From: Thermoproteota archaeon
Lineage (GTDB): Archaea > Asgardarchaeota > Jordiarchaeia > Jordiarchaeales > Freyrarchaeaceae
DNA length: 64,000 nt
Direction: 5' to 3'
NCBI GenBank assembly: GCA_029258835.1
Contig: JAPDJY010000053.1
Span: forward strand, 14,006-78,005
The notes beneath the pieces were generated by a model. That model was not told where the DNA came from. It did no database searches and saw only the letters and a list, made by a program, of their open reading frames with translations. Positions 38,535-49,042 of this stretch are shown piece by piece; the first letter of the stretch is position 1; the number at the start of each line of letters is the position of its first letter. The position numbers and the translations under genes were made by a program.

Positions 38535-40889
38535 CTATTGTACTTCCTGGATCATTTGCTTTGCCGCTGTAACAAACTTGTCCGCTTCAGCGCAGTCCAC
38601 GTTGACCATTTGCAGCCTCTGCGGGTTCACTCCAAGCTGGCTTAGCATCGCCCTGAGGAGCGCCACCCTGGCACCAGCGACTTTCGCCCCCCTGCTGAAG
38701 TGGCATCTCTCCTCGAAGCAGCCTACTATCATTATCCCGTCAACGCCGTTGGCCAGCGCCCTTAGTATTTCCTGCGGGTCTACTACTGCGGTGCAGGGGA
38801 CACCGATCACCTTAACGTTAGCCGGGTACTCCATTCCCAGCATACCAGCATAATCTATCGCGGAGTAACCGCACTCGTAACATGCTATTACTACAATGTT
38901 AGGCTTCACCCCATCCGCCGAAACACCCTCAATGGATGCCATTATCTGCTCGTCTGTGTGATTCCTCAACTGTATGGACTCCGTAGGGCAGGCTCCAGCG
39001 CAGAGTCCACACCCAAAGCATTTGGCTTCCGTTACGACCGCAGACTTATCCTCCTCAACCGTTATAGCGTTGAATGGGCACGCCCACTGGCACACTTGGC
39101 ATTTGCCGCAGGTGTCCTCGTTCACTACGGCTGTGAGAAGAGGCTTCTCTATACTTCCCTTCTTCATGAGGCGAGCAGCCATAATGGCTGCAGACGAGGC
39201 GTGGGTTATGCTGTAAGGTATATCCATTGGGGTCATTGCTGCCCCCGCAACGAATATGCCCGCGACGTTTGTTTCCGCCGGTCTGACCTTCCTGTCGAGC
39301 GCCTCGACGTACCCGTCTGGCCCAAGCTTGACGCCGAGGATCCTTGCGAGTTCCTGTGTTCCTCTTGACGGAACCATTGCCATTGAGAGGGCCACCATGT
39401 CCGCCTCTACTCTATTATACTCCCCTGCTAGTGTGTTTTCCACGTCTACGATGAGCTTTCCGTTCTCTCCAGGGACAACCGATGCGGGCTTTCCCCTTAT
39501 GAAGGTGACGCCTAACTCCCTCGCCTCCCTGTAGTACTCCTCATACCTTGACCCTACAGGCCTAATGTCCATGTAGGCTATGACCACGTCTACCTCAGGG
39601 AACCTCTTCTTAATCATGACAGCGTGCTTCAAAGCTATCATACAGCAAATGTTAGAGCAATAGAAGTTGTGGTTTTCATCCCTCGAGCCGGCGCACTGTA
39701 TCATCACTATTCTCTCGACCGGGCGCCCGTCAGACACCCTTAATAACCTTCCTCCGGTTGGGCCGGTGATGTCGAGCAGCCTCGCAAGGTCGACTTGGGT
39801 GACGACGTCTGGCAGCTTACCGTATCCGTATTCCGTCAGCCTCCGCGGGTCATACTCTTCGAAGCCGGTCGCAACGATTATAGTCCCAGCGTTAATTGTG
39901 AGGGTTTCCTCCTTCTCGTCAAGGTTTATGGCGTTGACAGGGCATGCTTCAACGCACTTGCCGCATTCCTTAAACTTGCAGTTCTCAGGGTCTATCACAT
40001 ATATTGGCGGTATGGCCTGAGGGAAGGGGAGGTATATCGCCTTCCTCTCGCTTAAGCCAAGGTTGAACTCGTCCGGGACGCTCACGGGGCAGACCTCGGC
40101 GCACGCCCCACAATTAATGCAGGCATCACTCACGTACCTTGGCTTCTTCTTGACAACGACATTAAAGTTGCCGACCTCTCCCATAACGTCGACCACTTCA
40201 GCGTTTGTCAACACTTGTATCCTTGGGTCGACCTCTATCGCAGACCTGTAAATGCACTTCCTCGTCGAGTCACCGCCTAAGGCGGGACAGGCGGTTGTTC
40301 GGACGCAGAGCGAGCAATCATTCGTTGGGAAAACGGTTCCCAGCTTAAGACATAAACCTCCAAGTGTAGGCTGCCTTTCCACTATGGTTACGTCAAATCC
40401 TAGCTCAGCTAGCTCCTGAGCAGCCGTTATTCCACTGATCCCTCCACCTATCACGAGCGCCCTCTGCGTGATGGGGACAGACTTAACCGGCACGTCGTCA
40501 AGCTTCTCAGCCCTGCTGGCTGCAGCGTTTATAAGCGCCTTCGCCTTCTCAGTCGCCTCCATCGGATGGCTTGGATGAGCCCACGCACATTGCTCCCTTA
40601 TATTAGCAACCACGAGGTTGTACCTACTCAGCCCGGCCGCCTCAACGCTTCTCGCCAGCTCCTCCCCTTTAACCTTAGGGGAGCAGGCGGCGACTACAAC
40701 CCTGTCAACACCTTCCTCCTTAATCTTCGCCTCAAGCTCCCTAAGGCCCTGTTCACCGCAGAGGTCACTGTGCCTTGCAACAAAAGCAAATCTCCCACTC
40801 TTCTCAGCCCACGAGGCCACATCGTCGAAATTTACGGTCTTAGCCAGGGTTCCCCCGCAGTCGCAGATGAAAAGCCCAATCCTAGCCAA
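38535..40889 (-). CDS. hdrA: HdrA-MvhD fusion flavoprotein
   Basis: CDCG, ACSP, NIREQCAW, GGGISG FAD motif, ferredoxin insert, QCAGSRD; C-terminal MvhD domain (IACYECGY, VPC, GC..RCH). Confidence 0.93.
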   Translation of the reverse strand: MARIGLFICDCGGTLAKTVNFDDVASWAEKSGRFAFVARHSDLCGEQGLRELEAKIKEEGVDRVVVAACSPKVKGEELARSVEAAGLSRYNLVVANIREQCAWAHPSHPMEATEKAKALINAAASRAEKLDDVPVKSVPITQRALVIGGGISGITAAQELAELGFDVTIVERQPTLGGLCLKLGTVFPTNDCSLCVRTTACPALGGDSTRKCIYRSAIEVDPRIQVLTNAEVVDVMGEVGNFNVVVKKKPRYVSDACINCGACAEVCPVSVPDEFNLGLSERKAIYLPFPQAIPPIYVIDPENCKFKECGKCVEACPVNAINLDEKEETLTINAGTIIVATGFEEYDPRRLTEYGYGKLPDVVTQVDLARLLDITGPTGGRLLRVSDGRPVERIVMIQCAGSRDENHNFYCSNICCMIALKHAVMIKKRFPEVDVVIAYMDIRPVGSRYEEYYREARELGVTFIRGKPASVVPGENGKLIVDVENTLAGEYNRVEADMVALSMAMVPSRGTQELARILGVKLGPDGYVEALDRKVRPAETNVAGIFVAGAAMTPMDIPYSITHASSAAIMAARLMKKGSIEKPLLTAVVNEDTCGKCQVCQWACPFNAITVEEDKSAVVTEAKCFGCGLCAGACPTESIQLRNHTDEQIMASIEGVSADGVKPNIVVIACYECGYSAIDYAGMLGMEYPANVKVIGVPCTAVVDPQEILRALANGVDGIMIVGCFEERCHFSRGAKVAGARVALLRAMLSQLGVNPQRLQMVNVDCAEADKFVTAAKQMIQEVQ

Positions 40890-40904
40890 ACGTCTCCCCC
40901 CTTT

Positions 40905-41804
40905 TCATGTTCCTCCGTTAAGCTTCACCATTAACGGGTCAACTTTCGTCCGGTTAAACTTGAGCTCCAACTCCTCCGGGGTCAGCCCCATGGCTAGCCC
41001 TAACAGCTGGGTGTAGAAGAGTACCGGTACATTATAGTTTTTCCCGTACGTTTTGTTGATCATCATCTGCCTTACGTCGTACTGTCTGAAGCAAACAGGA
41101 CATACTACGGCCATGCAGTCAGCCTTAGCCTGCGTCACGTAGTGAAGCTTCTCCATCACCATCTTAACGTTCGCCTCTTCGTCTAAGTTGCCGACACCGC
41201 ACCCGCAGCAAAGGAACTTCCTGAAGTAGTCCACGCTCTCGGCACCCGTCGCCTCAACCAAAGCGTCCAGTAGGACCGGGTTGAAGGGGTCATCCACCTG
41301 AAGCAGGTAGCTCGGTCTTAGAAGATGGCATCCATAATGCGCCGCCACCTTCACGCCCTTAAGCGGCCTCTCAACATAGCCCCTAAGCTTTGCCGGTCCA
41401 ACGTCTTCGTACAGGACTTGGATGAAATGTTTTACCTCGACTCTGCCCTTATACTCTCTTCCGACCTTCGACAGCGCCTCTTCAACTCTACCCCTCAGCT
41501 TGGCGTCGTGCTCCAGAAGTATCTTCGCCTCCTTAAGGGTTTCGAAGCAGCCGTTGCAGAAGGCAACGATGTCCAGCCCCGCCTCCTCAGCCACGCAAAG
41601 GTTTCTAGCTGCCAGCGTTACCCAAGTGGTGATGTCCAGCCCCGGAATACCTATGGGTTCAGGGCAACACGAGAAGCCTTCAATGTCTTTCACTTCAACA
41701 TCGAGTTTACCGAACACCTTCCTTATCGAAACCTCAATGTGCGGTAAAAGGTTTGGGATCACACATCCCAGAAACATTGCATAAGCGTTACTCGCCACCG
41801 TCAC
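40905..41804 (-). CDS. hdrB: heterodisulfide reductase subunit B-like
   Basis: FLGC, SCCPEP, HYGCH, CCG, CPVC. Confidence 0.93.
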   Translation of the reverse strand: MTVASNAYAMFLGCVIPNLLPHIEVSIRKVFGKLDVEVKDIEGFSCCPEPIGIPGLDITTWVTLAARNLCVAEEAGLDIVAFCNGCFETLKEAKILLEHDAKLRGRVEEALSKVGREYKGRVEVKHFIQVLYEDVGPAKLRGYVERPLKGVKVAAHYGCHLLRPSYLLQVDDPFNPVLLDALVEATGAESVDYFRKFLCCGCGVGNLDEEANVKMVMEKLHYVTQAKADCMAVVCPVCFRQYDVRQMMINKTYGKNYNVPVLFYTQLLGLAMGLTPEELELKFNRTKVDPLMVKLNGGT

Positions 41805-42321
41805 TCTCCTCCTTACCAGCTTTACCTTCCTTAGCCATCACTTCGATGAACCCAAGATGCTCAAGTATAGCCTTAATCTCCGCGGGGTCAGCGGTTTTAA
41901 TCTCAGGGAGGCCCATCTTAGCCCTTCTGGAAAGCGTCGCCTTGGACGGTGCGTTCACAAGCCCGGTCTCAACTAAAACCCGCGTCTCGGCTTTCAAATG
42001 CTCTGGAAAATTGCCTTCCCTAGTGGCAAGGTTCCTTAACACGGTCAAGAGCTCGCTTACCCTAACCCCTTGCGGGCAAACCTCCGTGCAGTTGTGGCAC
42101 ACGGTGCAAAGCCAGATGTTCGGATCATGGATTACCTCTTTCCGTCCTGTGAGGATGCTTTCTATGAGCTTCCTCGGGTTATACTTGGAGTTGTAACGGA
42201 AAACCGGGCACGCCCCGCTGCAGGTTGCACACTGGTAACAGTAGTTCACCGTTTCTCCTTCCATGTGGAGCTCTGCCATCTCCTTTCTAAAGTAGGAGCT
42301 TATCTCATAGTAGGCTTCCAC
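41788..42321 (-). CDS. hdrC: heterodisulfide reductase subunit C-like
   Basis: CYQCATCSGACP, CTVCHNCTEVCP. Confidence 0.92.
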   Translation of the reverse strand: MEAYYEISSYFRKEMAELHMEGETVNYCYQCATCSGACPVFRYNSKYNPRKLIESILTGRKEVIHDPNIWLCTVCHNCTEVCPQGVRVSELLTVLRNLATREGNFPEHLKAETRVLVETGLVNAPSKATLSRRAKMGLPEIKTADPAEIKAILEHLGFIEVMAKEGKAGKEESDGGE

Positions 42322-42998
42322 CTTGGACGTCCTCCATTAAAAATTGTAAGCGGGGGAGAGGAAAGCCTCGCCCGGTGGTTACAAAGTGTGGATATTTTAA
42401 AAACTTTTACTCTTACCGTTACCTGCAACCTTCCTGCTGCCTTTTAATAACCAGAGCTCCGTATCCTCCTTTCTTAGCCTTCTCTCTGTTTTTAACCTTT
42501 CAGGCGTCCTTCCGGGCATCATTTTCTAGCTTTCAGCACGGTGCTTACTGGTGATAGCTCCTAGAGCACACGTTTCCCGGCTTCTATGGCTGATTCTTCC
42601 ATCCGGTTTTTTAGTGTCCATAGGTAGGGTTCACGCGGTATCTTACTGTCAGTCATCTCGCTTGGGTGTCACCTTTCTTCCATCCGGCATGGCGCACTTA
42701 AGGACGAGGAGAGTAGTGCTGAGAGTGGATGGAAAACCTTAAAGCTGTTTAAACACCATTTTTCATTATCTTACTGCCCCTAAAATGTTGAAGGTTGTTC
42801 CATTCCCTTGGGGGCATTGTCTGCCTTCACCTGCGGTCTTCGCCTTACACGCTAGGTTTTGGTTCGCTGACGGACATTTGGGTTGGAAAATGGCTTCCGC
42901 CGCCAATCCGTCACGGAACGGCGTTGCGGCTGAAACATGAACTACTTCCCGCCGTCACTCCTAGGAATTACGGCTGGCCTCCGCTGAGGGGTGGAATT

Positions 42999-43655
42999 AT
43001 GAATGCTAGGTTTAAGGTGTTTGATTTAAGCCATGTGATAGAGGAGGGGATGCCTGTTTACCCGGGAGACGTTCCTCCCGAGATATCTGCCGTTACGAGT
43101 GTTAAGGAGAAAGGGTATAGGATTTCAAGGCTGGTTTTGGGTTCCCATACGGGGACCCATGTGGATGCACCCGCACACTTCATTGAGAGTGGGGAGGGAA
43201 TCGACCAAGTTAGCCTTAACAGGCTTGTAGGGTGGGCTTTCGTCGCCGACTTGTCCTACGTGGAGGTTGGGAAAGGGATAGAAAGGGAAGATCTAGAGCA
43301 TTACGACCGTGACGTTAGAGAGGGAGACATTCTCCTCGTGTATACTGGAATGGAGAACCTGTGGGGTCAAGAAGAGTTTCTAACTAACTATACTCATCTG
43401 ACGCTTAGCGCTGCCGAATGGATATTAGAAAAGAAGGTTAAAGCTGTCGGGTTTGACTGGATGTCCGTGGAGCGCTACGGGGGGAGTGGAGAAGTCCACC
43501 GTAGGCTTCTATCAGAGGGGGTGATGATCATTGAGAGCCTCACGGGCTTGGGTGCTATTAGGGGTGAACGTGTCTTCTTTGTGCTAGCCCCTCTTAAGGT
43601 TAAGGGATGTGACGGGGGGCCTGCACGCGCAATCGCGGTGAAGTTTGAGGGTTGA
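42999..43655 (+). CDS. cyclase family protein
   Basis: DLSH, MPVYPGD, HTGTHVDAPAH; ATG 42999 after SD GGGGTG. Confidence 0.9.
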   Translation: MNARFKVFDLSHVIEEGMPVYPGDVPPEISAVTSVKEKGYRISRLVLGSHTGTHVDAPAHFIESGEGIDQVSLNRLVGWAFVADLSYVEVGKGIEREDLEHYDRDVREGDILLVYTGMENLWGQEEFLTNYTHLTLSAAEWILEKKVKAVGFDWMSVERYGGSGEVHRRLLSEGVMIIESLTGLGAIRGERVFFVLAPLKVKGCDGGPARAIAVKFEG

Positions 43656-43841
43656 CCTCGTGAGTGCGGCGGCCTTCTTTGAAGTATAAGCTGGCCTTGG
43701 GCACGCCGGCGGAGGGAGAGGGGCATGTTAAAAGTGTTCATTCACGTTTTCTTTAGATTCTGTGGTGGCTGCCTGCTTGAAAATAATTTAAATAAGTTGT
43801 TTGGTAGAGAGAATTTAAGGGGAGTTCCTGGTGGGGGTTGG

Positions 43842-44468
43842 GTGATTAAGAGGTTTTTTGAAAGTGTTTTAGCTTCTAAAACGGTGCCCCCCGGCTTTCG
43901 GGAGGAGGATGTTTTAGGAGTTATTCTTCTTTTAGGGAGGTCGGATGGGCCAGTAGGGCGTTACACGGTTAAGAGGAAGCTTGGCTTAGGGGAAGCTACA
44001 GCTAAAACTTTGCTTCGCAGGCTTCATGGGCTTGGTATTGTTAGGCCTGCCGGCAGGAGGGGACACGTTCTGACGGAGGAGGGAAAGACGATAGTTGATA
44101 TAGTTGAGGGGTACATCGCAGAGTTTAAGAGGGTTCCTAGAAGCGACTTTTCGCTTGGAGAGTGCGACTACGGGATTAGATTTAGGGGTTTGTCCCATTT
44201 GGTTTCTACAGGGTTAGACCAGAGGGATCAGGCTGTAGCGATGGGCGCCGACGGGGCGACGACGATCATCGTTAGGGAGGGAAGGTTTCTGGTTCCCTCT
44301 GTTAAGGAGTTAGAGGGGGAAGAGGAGGAGTTTATACGGCGTCATTTCAACTTGGAGGAGGGAGACGTGGTGGTGATCGTTTCCGGGAGGGACTGCCTTT
44401 CAGCCTTTAAGGCCGGATTAGCTGTCGCGGCAAACCTCATTAAAAAGGTAGAGGACGGGAGAAATTAA
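43842..44468 (+). CDS. winged-HTH protein (DUF4443-like)
   Basis: GRY..KRKLGLGEATAKTLL, GLDQRDQAV..GA.GAT. Confidence 0.75.
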   Translation: MIKRFFESVLASKTVPPGFREEDVLGVILLLGRSDGPVGRYTVKRKLGLGEATAKTLLRRLHGLGIVRPAGRRGHVLTEEGKTIVDIVEGYIAEFKRVPRSDFSLGECDYGIRFRGLSHLVSTGLDQRDQAVAMGADGATTIIVREGRFLVPSVKELEGEEEEFIRRHFNLEEGDVVVIVSGRDCLSAFKAGLAVAANLIKKVEDGRN

Positions 44469-44530
44469 AGGAGAATTAAGAAGAAATATCGGCGAGAAGG
44501 GAACAAAAGGAAGTTAAATAAACTTGGCGT

Positions 44531-44965
44531 TTATATGTAAAGGCCGTTGCAATCGTGGTCGCGTTTCTTACTCCACGCATTCTGCCATTTTCTGATGAAG
44601 CTTGCTGTTTCCTCTATTAGCTCGTAAACTTCGTCTGTTTCTCCGTTAGCTATGGCTTCCTGAACGCTCCTCAGAATTTCCCTTTCCTCTTTCTCCCTGA
44701 GCTTTTCGGTTACGGCTTCCCTAAAAAGCCGAACGGCTTTGGGCTCTTTTATCAGGAGGGAGAGGTACTTGTTTATTAACTCATCAAACTTCCCATCGGC
44801 ACTTAACGTTTGAATCGCCTCGAGAAGGGAGAGGAAGGCTATGTCAAACTCGTCTATGTCAAGCTCCAAGTTAACGTTTTCAAGCTCTTCAACCAGTTCC
44901 TCATAGCTCGAGAAGAAGATCCAGAAGAGGTTGCGCAACTCGTTAAGTACGGTGCTTAAGCACAT
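44531..44965 (-). CDS. hypothetical acidic protein
   Basis: 144-aa ORF with ATG start. Confidence 0.6.
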   Translation of the reverse strand: MCLSTVLNELRNLFWIFFSSYEELVEELENVNLELDIDEFDIAFLSLLEAIQTLSADGKFDELINKYLSLLIKEPKAVRLFREAVTEKLREKEEREILRSVQEAIANGETDEVYELIEETASFIRKWQNAWSKKRDHDCNGLYI

Positions 44966-45305
44966 ACATGAACCCTCGAACCGTTTCTATACCCTTTAGA
45001 GGAAAGCAAACTATAAAAAATTATCACCAAAAAACTTAAAAAACGTTTTATTTCAACCTTGAAAAGTCTATTATACGTTAAGAAGAGAAATGAAGAAGAC
45101 GTCATGCTAAAGGGTATCCCCCTCTCTTTACAAGGGTCAACATTAAAGTAACCACTGTGAATCAGCGTAGCTATATTTCTTCATCAGCCACCTAAAAACC
45201 TCTCTTAGAGAGAAATTAGGACTAAGAGAAAGCAATGAGAAATTTGATGAGAGCATAGAGCATGGTCTTTTTTGAGGTTTCAGGTGGGGGATCTTAGGGA
45301 AGGTT

Positions 45306-46022
45306 TCAGGTTTTTCTTTGGAGTTTAGTCAAGTGTTTTAAGTAGTTTATGTATTCTGACGTTTTCAGCTTGCTTTCCCCTCTTTTCCTAGCTTGAAAGG
45401 TGTATGGTGTTTCTACCAGCTTTTGGAAACGTGCTTTGGCTATTATTTCCAGTAGAATTTTGAATCCTTCAGGGTTGAGTTCCAGCCCGTCTAGGATGCT
45501 TCTCTTGAATGCGAAGAACCCTGAGAGGGGGTCCTTCACCCTTCCAGCCTTTGGAGCCAGCATTCTGGCTAGGAGTGTCGCCGTCTTTGAGACCAGCCTC
45601 CTCCACTTAGACCAGCCCTCAACGCGCCCCCCTTCAACGTACCTGCTCGCCACGACCAAGTCGGCTCCTCCCTCAATCTCCCTGAGCATGTGGGGGAGAA
45701 CCTCTGGCGGGTGCTGGAGGTCAGCGTCCATCACAGCCACCACATCCCCCCTAGCTGCCCTGATCCCATCAACAACCGCCGACGCGAGGCCCAGCTTTCC
45801 AGACCTGTGAATAACTCTAATATTCCCGTACTTCTCAGCCAACTCCTCGGCAAACTCGCCCGTTCCGTCAGGGCTTCCATCGTCGACAACAATCAGCTCG
45901 TATGGAAAACCACTTAGAGCCCGTCTAAGGCGAGACACCAACTCTCCTAAATTATCCCTCTCATTATAAGTCGGAACCACAACCGAAATGAACATTAAGG
46001 ACACCCTTTGAGACCCTAACAT
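45306..46022 (-). CDS. polyprenol-phosphate mannosyltransferase (GT2)
   Basis: PTYNE, VDDGSPDGT, MDADLQHPPE, GESKL. Confidence 0.92.
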   Translation of the reverse strand: MLGSQRVSLMFISVVVPTYNERDNLGELVSRLRRALSGFPYELIVVDDGSPDGTGEFAEELAEKYGNIRVIHRSGKLGLASAVVDGIRAARGDVVAVMDADLQHPPEVLPHMLREIEGGADLVVASRYVEGGRVEGWSKWRRLVSKTATLLARMLAPKAGRVKDPLSGFFAFKRSILDGLELNPEGFKILLEIIAKARFQKLVETPYTFQARKRGESKLKTSEYINYLKHLTKLQRKT

Positions 46023-46181
46023 AACTACAAAACACCAACCTCCTTTTAAACCTTGCAGACGGCTAAAAAAGGATTAGTGTTGAGAGCTACTTAAGGTTCC
46101 TGCGCCGTTGATTCGGTTTCTACTCACGTGTTTACCGTCAGGCTGAATGTAGGCTAGGTTAAGTTTGAACCTTAGAGTATG

Positions 46182-47617
46182 TTAGCGTCCTTTTACCTTG
46201 CTTGGTTCCGCTTTGTCCATTTTCTGGATGACTTTGATAAATGCTGATGCTACCGGGTTTAGCTGGTCGGCTGCTACCTTGTCTATGGTGTCGCAAGGGT
46301 CAAAAAGGTATTCTGGGCCTGATATGTAGCTGTAGATGGGGTATCCTGACCTGTAAAAGGCGTTCGCATCGGTTGGAACGCCCAGCGGAGTATTACCGGG
46401 GAGAATTATTAGTCGTCGTAGGTCGTGCCTTTTCACCTCATCGGCTAGTATACTGGCCATTTCACGTGCTATTTCATTGCTCCCCCCATGGACAAATACG
46501 CTTCTTGGCTCGGGCATACCCGTATCAACCCATTCCCCATCTTTAACATCAAAGTCCTTTGCTATGTGTTCAATGCACACGTCTAGCATGAGCTTTGAAG
46601 TTATATCTAGATTGCCTTCTATGAATGTGGCATCCCCCCTTGCCGGTCCACCAAAGTGTGAACTAGTGAAGAGGAAAACGATTGTTTTATTCCTTTCAGA
46701 TCTTGGAGTTTTAGCCATGTATTCGGCTACAGCTAAAACCTCGGCTACTCCTGATGCATCCTCGACGGCGCTGCTCCATGGCCCATCATGGTGGGAATGT
46801 ACAACCATTACGTCGTCGCCTCCACCGGGTAAACGGGCGATAACGTTATGCGTAGTCGACGGCTCAACAGACCCGGTTAATGTTAAATGCGCCCTAGCTT
46901 TCCCTCCTCCTTCTTTAACGAGTTCTACTAGCCGGGTTCCGTGAGCCTTGTTAACCCAGAGGCCAGGGATCCATCCAGGTATCTTTCCGGGTAAACCTAT
47001 GTGAGAGAGGAACCAGTCTGGAAGATCATGGCATAATGGGCCAAAGTAAGGTATGTATATTCTATCCTCATTTGTCGGGTAGTCCGCGAGGACTCCTACT
47101 ACCGCCGCCCGGTGTAGGCATGCCAGCCTGTACGCCCGCCACCAGTTAGGATATATCCACGTTGCTGGATGAGCGAAGTCACTTAGGGTTCCTGCGGGAT
47201 CCCAAACAAAGTATCCCATGTTTCCTAAGGCTTCTATTCTTAGCAGGGGGAGGTGCACGTCGACTAAAATTATTTTTCCTTTAACATCTACTGCTTCGAA
47301 ATCTTCATCTGATCCATCGCCCACGTAAACCATGTCGGTGTCTATTCCTTCTGGACCTGTAAAAGCAGTGTTCGGAGTGTAAAAGCAGGGCACTTCCTCC
47401 CCGCTAACAGTTAACCCCCACTTATCGGCCTCCCAGCGAGATATTTGGTAGGGTTGCTTCTCCACGTCGGTTATGCCGAACTCTTCAAGCTTTCTTACAA
47501 TGTAATCTTCAGCCTTGCAGTCTGCCTGCGTGCCGGGTCTTCGATAGCCAAACGAGAAGATCTCCCTTATCCACCCTAATATCTCATCGTTGGGGCTACG
47601 TCTCCCTCCCTGCTCAT
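46182..47617 (-). CDS. M28 family peptidase with PA domain; 1-nt frameshift near the 5' end
   Basis: SHHDG..AVEDASG, TDA, PEY; coding frame stays open upstream to ~47625 (GYRRPGT..AEDYI) but the SD-linked ATG 47617 is out of frame. Confidence 0.75.
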
Positions 47618-47785
47618 CCCACCACCTCTAATAGTTAAATAACCGAAGAAAAATTTAAGCATTTTTTGAAGGGAAAGGGAGGCGCCGATTTCTTACAGCT
47701 GCCATCTTCTTGGAAGACTTTTTCAAAAGGTTTTTATATTTTCTGGTTTTTGGGGGGTTTGTACTTTTACGGCACGGTGAGCGGG

Positions 47786-49033
47786 TTGGAGATACTTGAG
47801 TTAATCAGGAAGGGGCTCAGGGTACGCGGTTTCATTTACGTCACACTCGGAAACGTCGCCAACGCGGGGCTAGGCTTCCTTTTCTTCTTCATCGTGGCAC
47901 GAATTTTAGACGTAAGTAGTTACGGAGTCATAAGCTACAATGTTTCGACAGGGTTTCTCGGAGCCACGCTTGCGATTTTCGGGTTAAGGACCGCTGTCAT
48001 CACGTTTTACCCTAAAGAGAGGAATATTGTGCTTGTTAGGCAAGCCGCAACGTTCACCTTCCTAACTGATGCTGTTGGGATCATTATCATACTGGCATGT
48101 GTGCTATTTTTCAATGCACCCCTTGAGTTTGCAATGCTAATACTTCTTGGAAGTACAGCTTTCATGATGGCCACAGCGATCGCCTTAGGTGAGCAGAGGT
48201 ACGGGCAGTATGCCCGCCTCATGATAGGCATGAGGATTGGACAGTGCGCCCTCTTAGGCATAACCTACCTTTTCATCGCTTTTACAGGATGGTTTCTGCT
48301 ATGGATTAGGGAAATTGTCCTCTTGGCTTATAGTATTCCCTACATTGCAGCTGGTTACAGGTATTTCAAGTTTATCAGGTTTAATTTTTCCTTTAGCGAG
48401 ATCTATGCTAAGTGGCGTTTCTGCCTCCCCGCGGCTGCATCAAGCATTATGACTGCGTCTGTTGGAAGCTTGGACAAGGTGATCATAGGAGCGCTTTTCG
48501 GGATGTTCGCGCTAGGAAACTACCATCTAGCTTTTCAGTTTCTAACGGGCTTCACCATTCTGCCCGTAAGCCTGCTGAGTTTCCTTTTACCTGAGAAGTC
48601 TGGAGGGGCAAAGAGAAGGGAGGTGGAAATCCTCGGCATAGCGGCTGCAGCATTGATAAGCGCTGCAGGCTTCCTCTTAGCCCCATACCTCATCAAATGG
48701 TTCTTCAGAGGGTTTGAGGGAAGCGTAAGTGCCATTCAAGCTCTTAGTCTGGCTGTTGTCCCAGCCAGCGTGGCAAACATCAGGATAAGCACGCTTTTCA
48801 GCGAGGAGAGAGCGGATCTTGCGATGGCAAGCTACCTAGCCATGTTTGGAGTATACCTTTCAGGAATAATTCTTCTTGGGGGGAGCATGCAGGCTTTAGG
48901 CTTCGCGATATCGTACACCATCGGGCAAGCCGTCTTAGCTGTGGCAACCGTGTTATTCTCGTCTGAGTCGTGGAAAAGGTGGAGGGCAAGCAGGAGAAAG
49001 AACGCTTCCGGAGAAGGCACGACACCAAACTGA
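47786..49033 (+). CDS. MOP-superfamily oligosaccharide flippase
   Basis: about 12 TM segments, LDKVIIG..LGNY; start uncertain. Confidence 0.8.
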   Translation: MEILELIRKGLRVRGFIYVTLGNVANAGLGFLFFFIVARILDVSSYGVISYNVSTGFLGATLAIFGLRTAVITFYPKERNIVLVRQAATFTFLTDAVGIIIILACVLFFNAPLEFAMLILLGSTAFMMATAIALGEQRYGQYARLMIGMRIGQCALLGITYLFIAFTGWFLLWIREIVLLAYSIPYIAAGYRYFKFIRFNFSFSEIYAKWRFCLPAAASSIMTASVGSLDKVIIGALFGMFALGNYHLAFQFLTGFTILPVSLLSFLLPEKSGGAKRREVEILGIAAAALISAAGFLLAPYLIKWFFRGFEGSVSAIQALSLAVVPASVANIRISTLFSEERADLAMASYLAMFGVYLSGIILLGGSMQALGFAISYTIGQAVLAVATVLFSSESWKRWRASRRKNASGEGTTPN

Positions 49034-49042
49034 AGATTTATT

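Noticed and set aside
40265-40305. Hairpin in the hdrA insertion (RTTACPALGGDS) as an intron
   Set aside because: No 4-bp central helix in the right register; more likely a protein-level variant.
38300-40889. SECIS elements or Sec-containing HdrA/MvhD
   Set aside because: The HdrA-MvhD ORF has no in-frame TGA, and the downstream hairpins fold better on the opposite strand.
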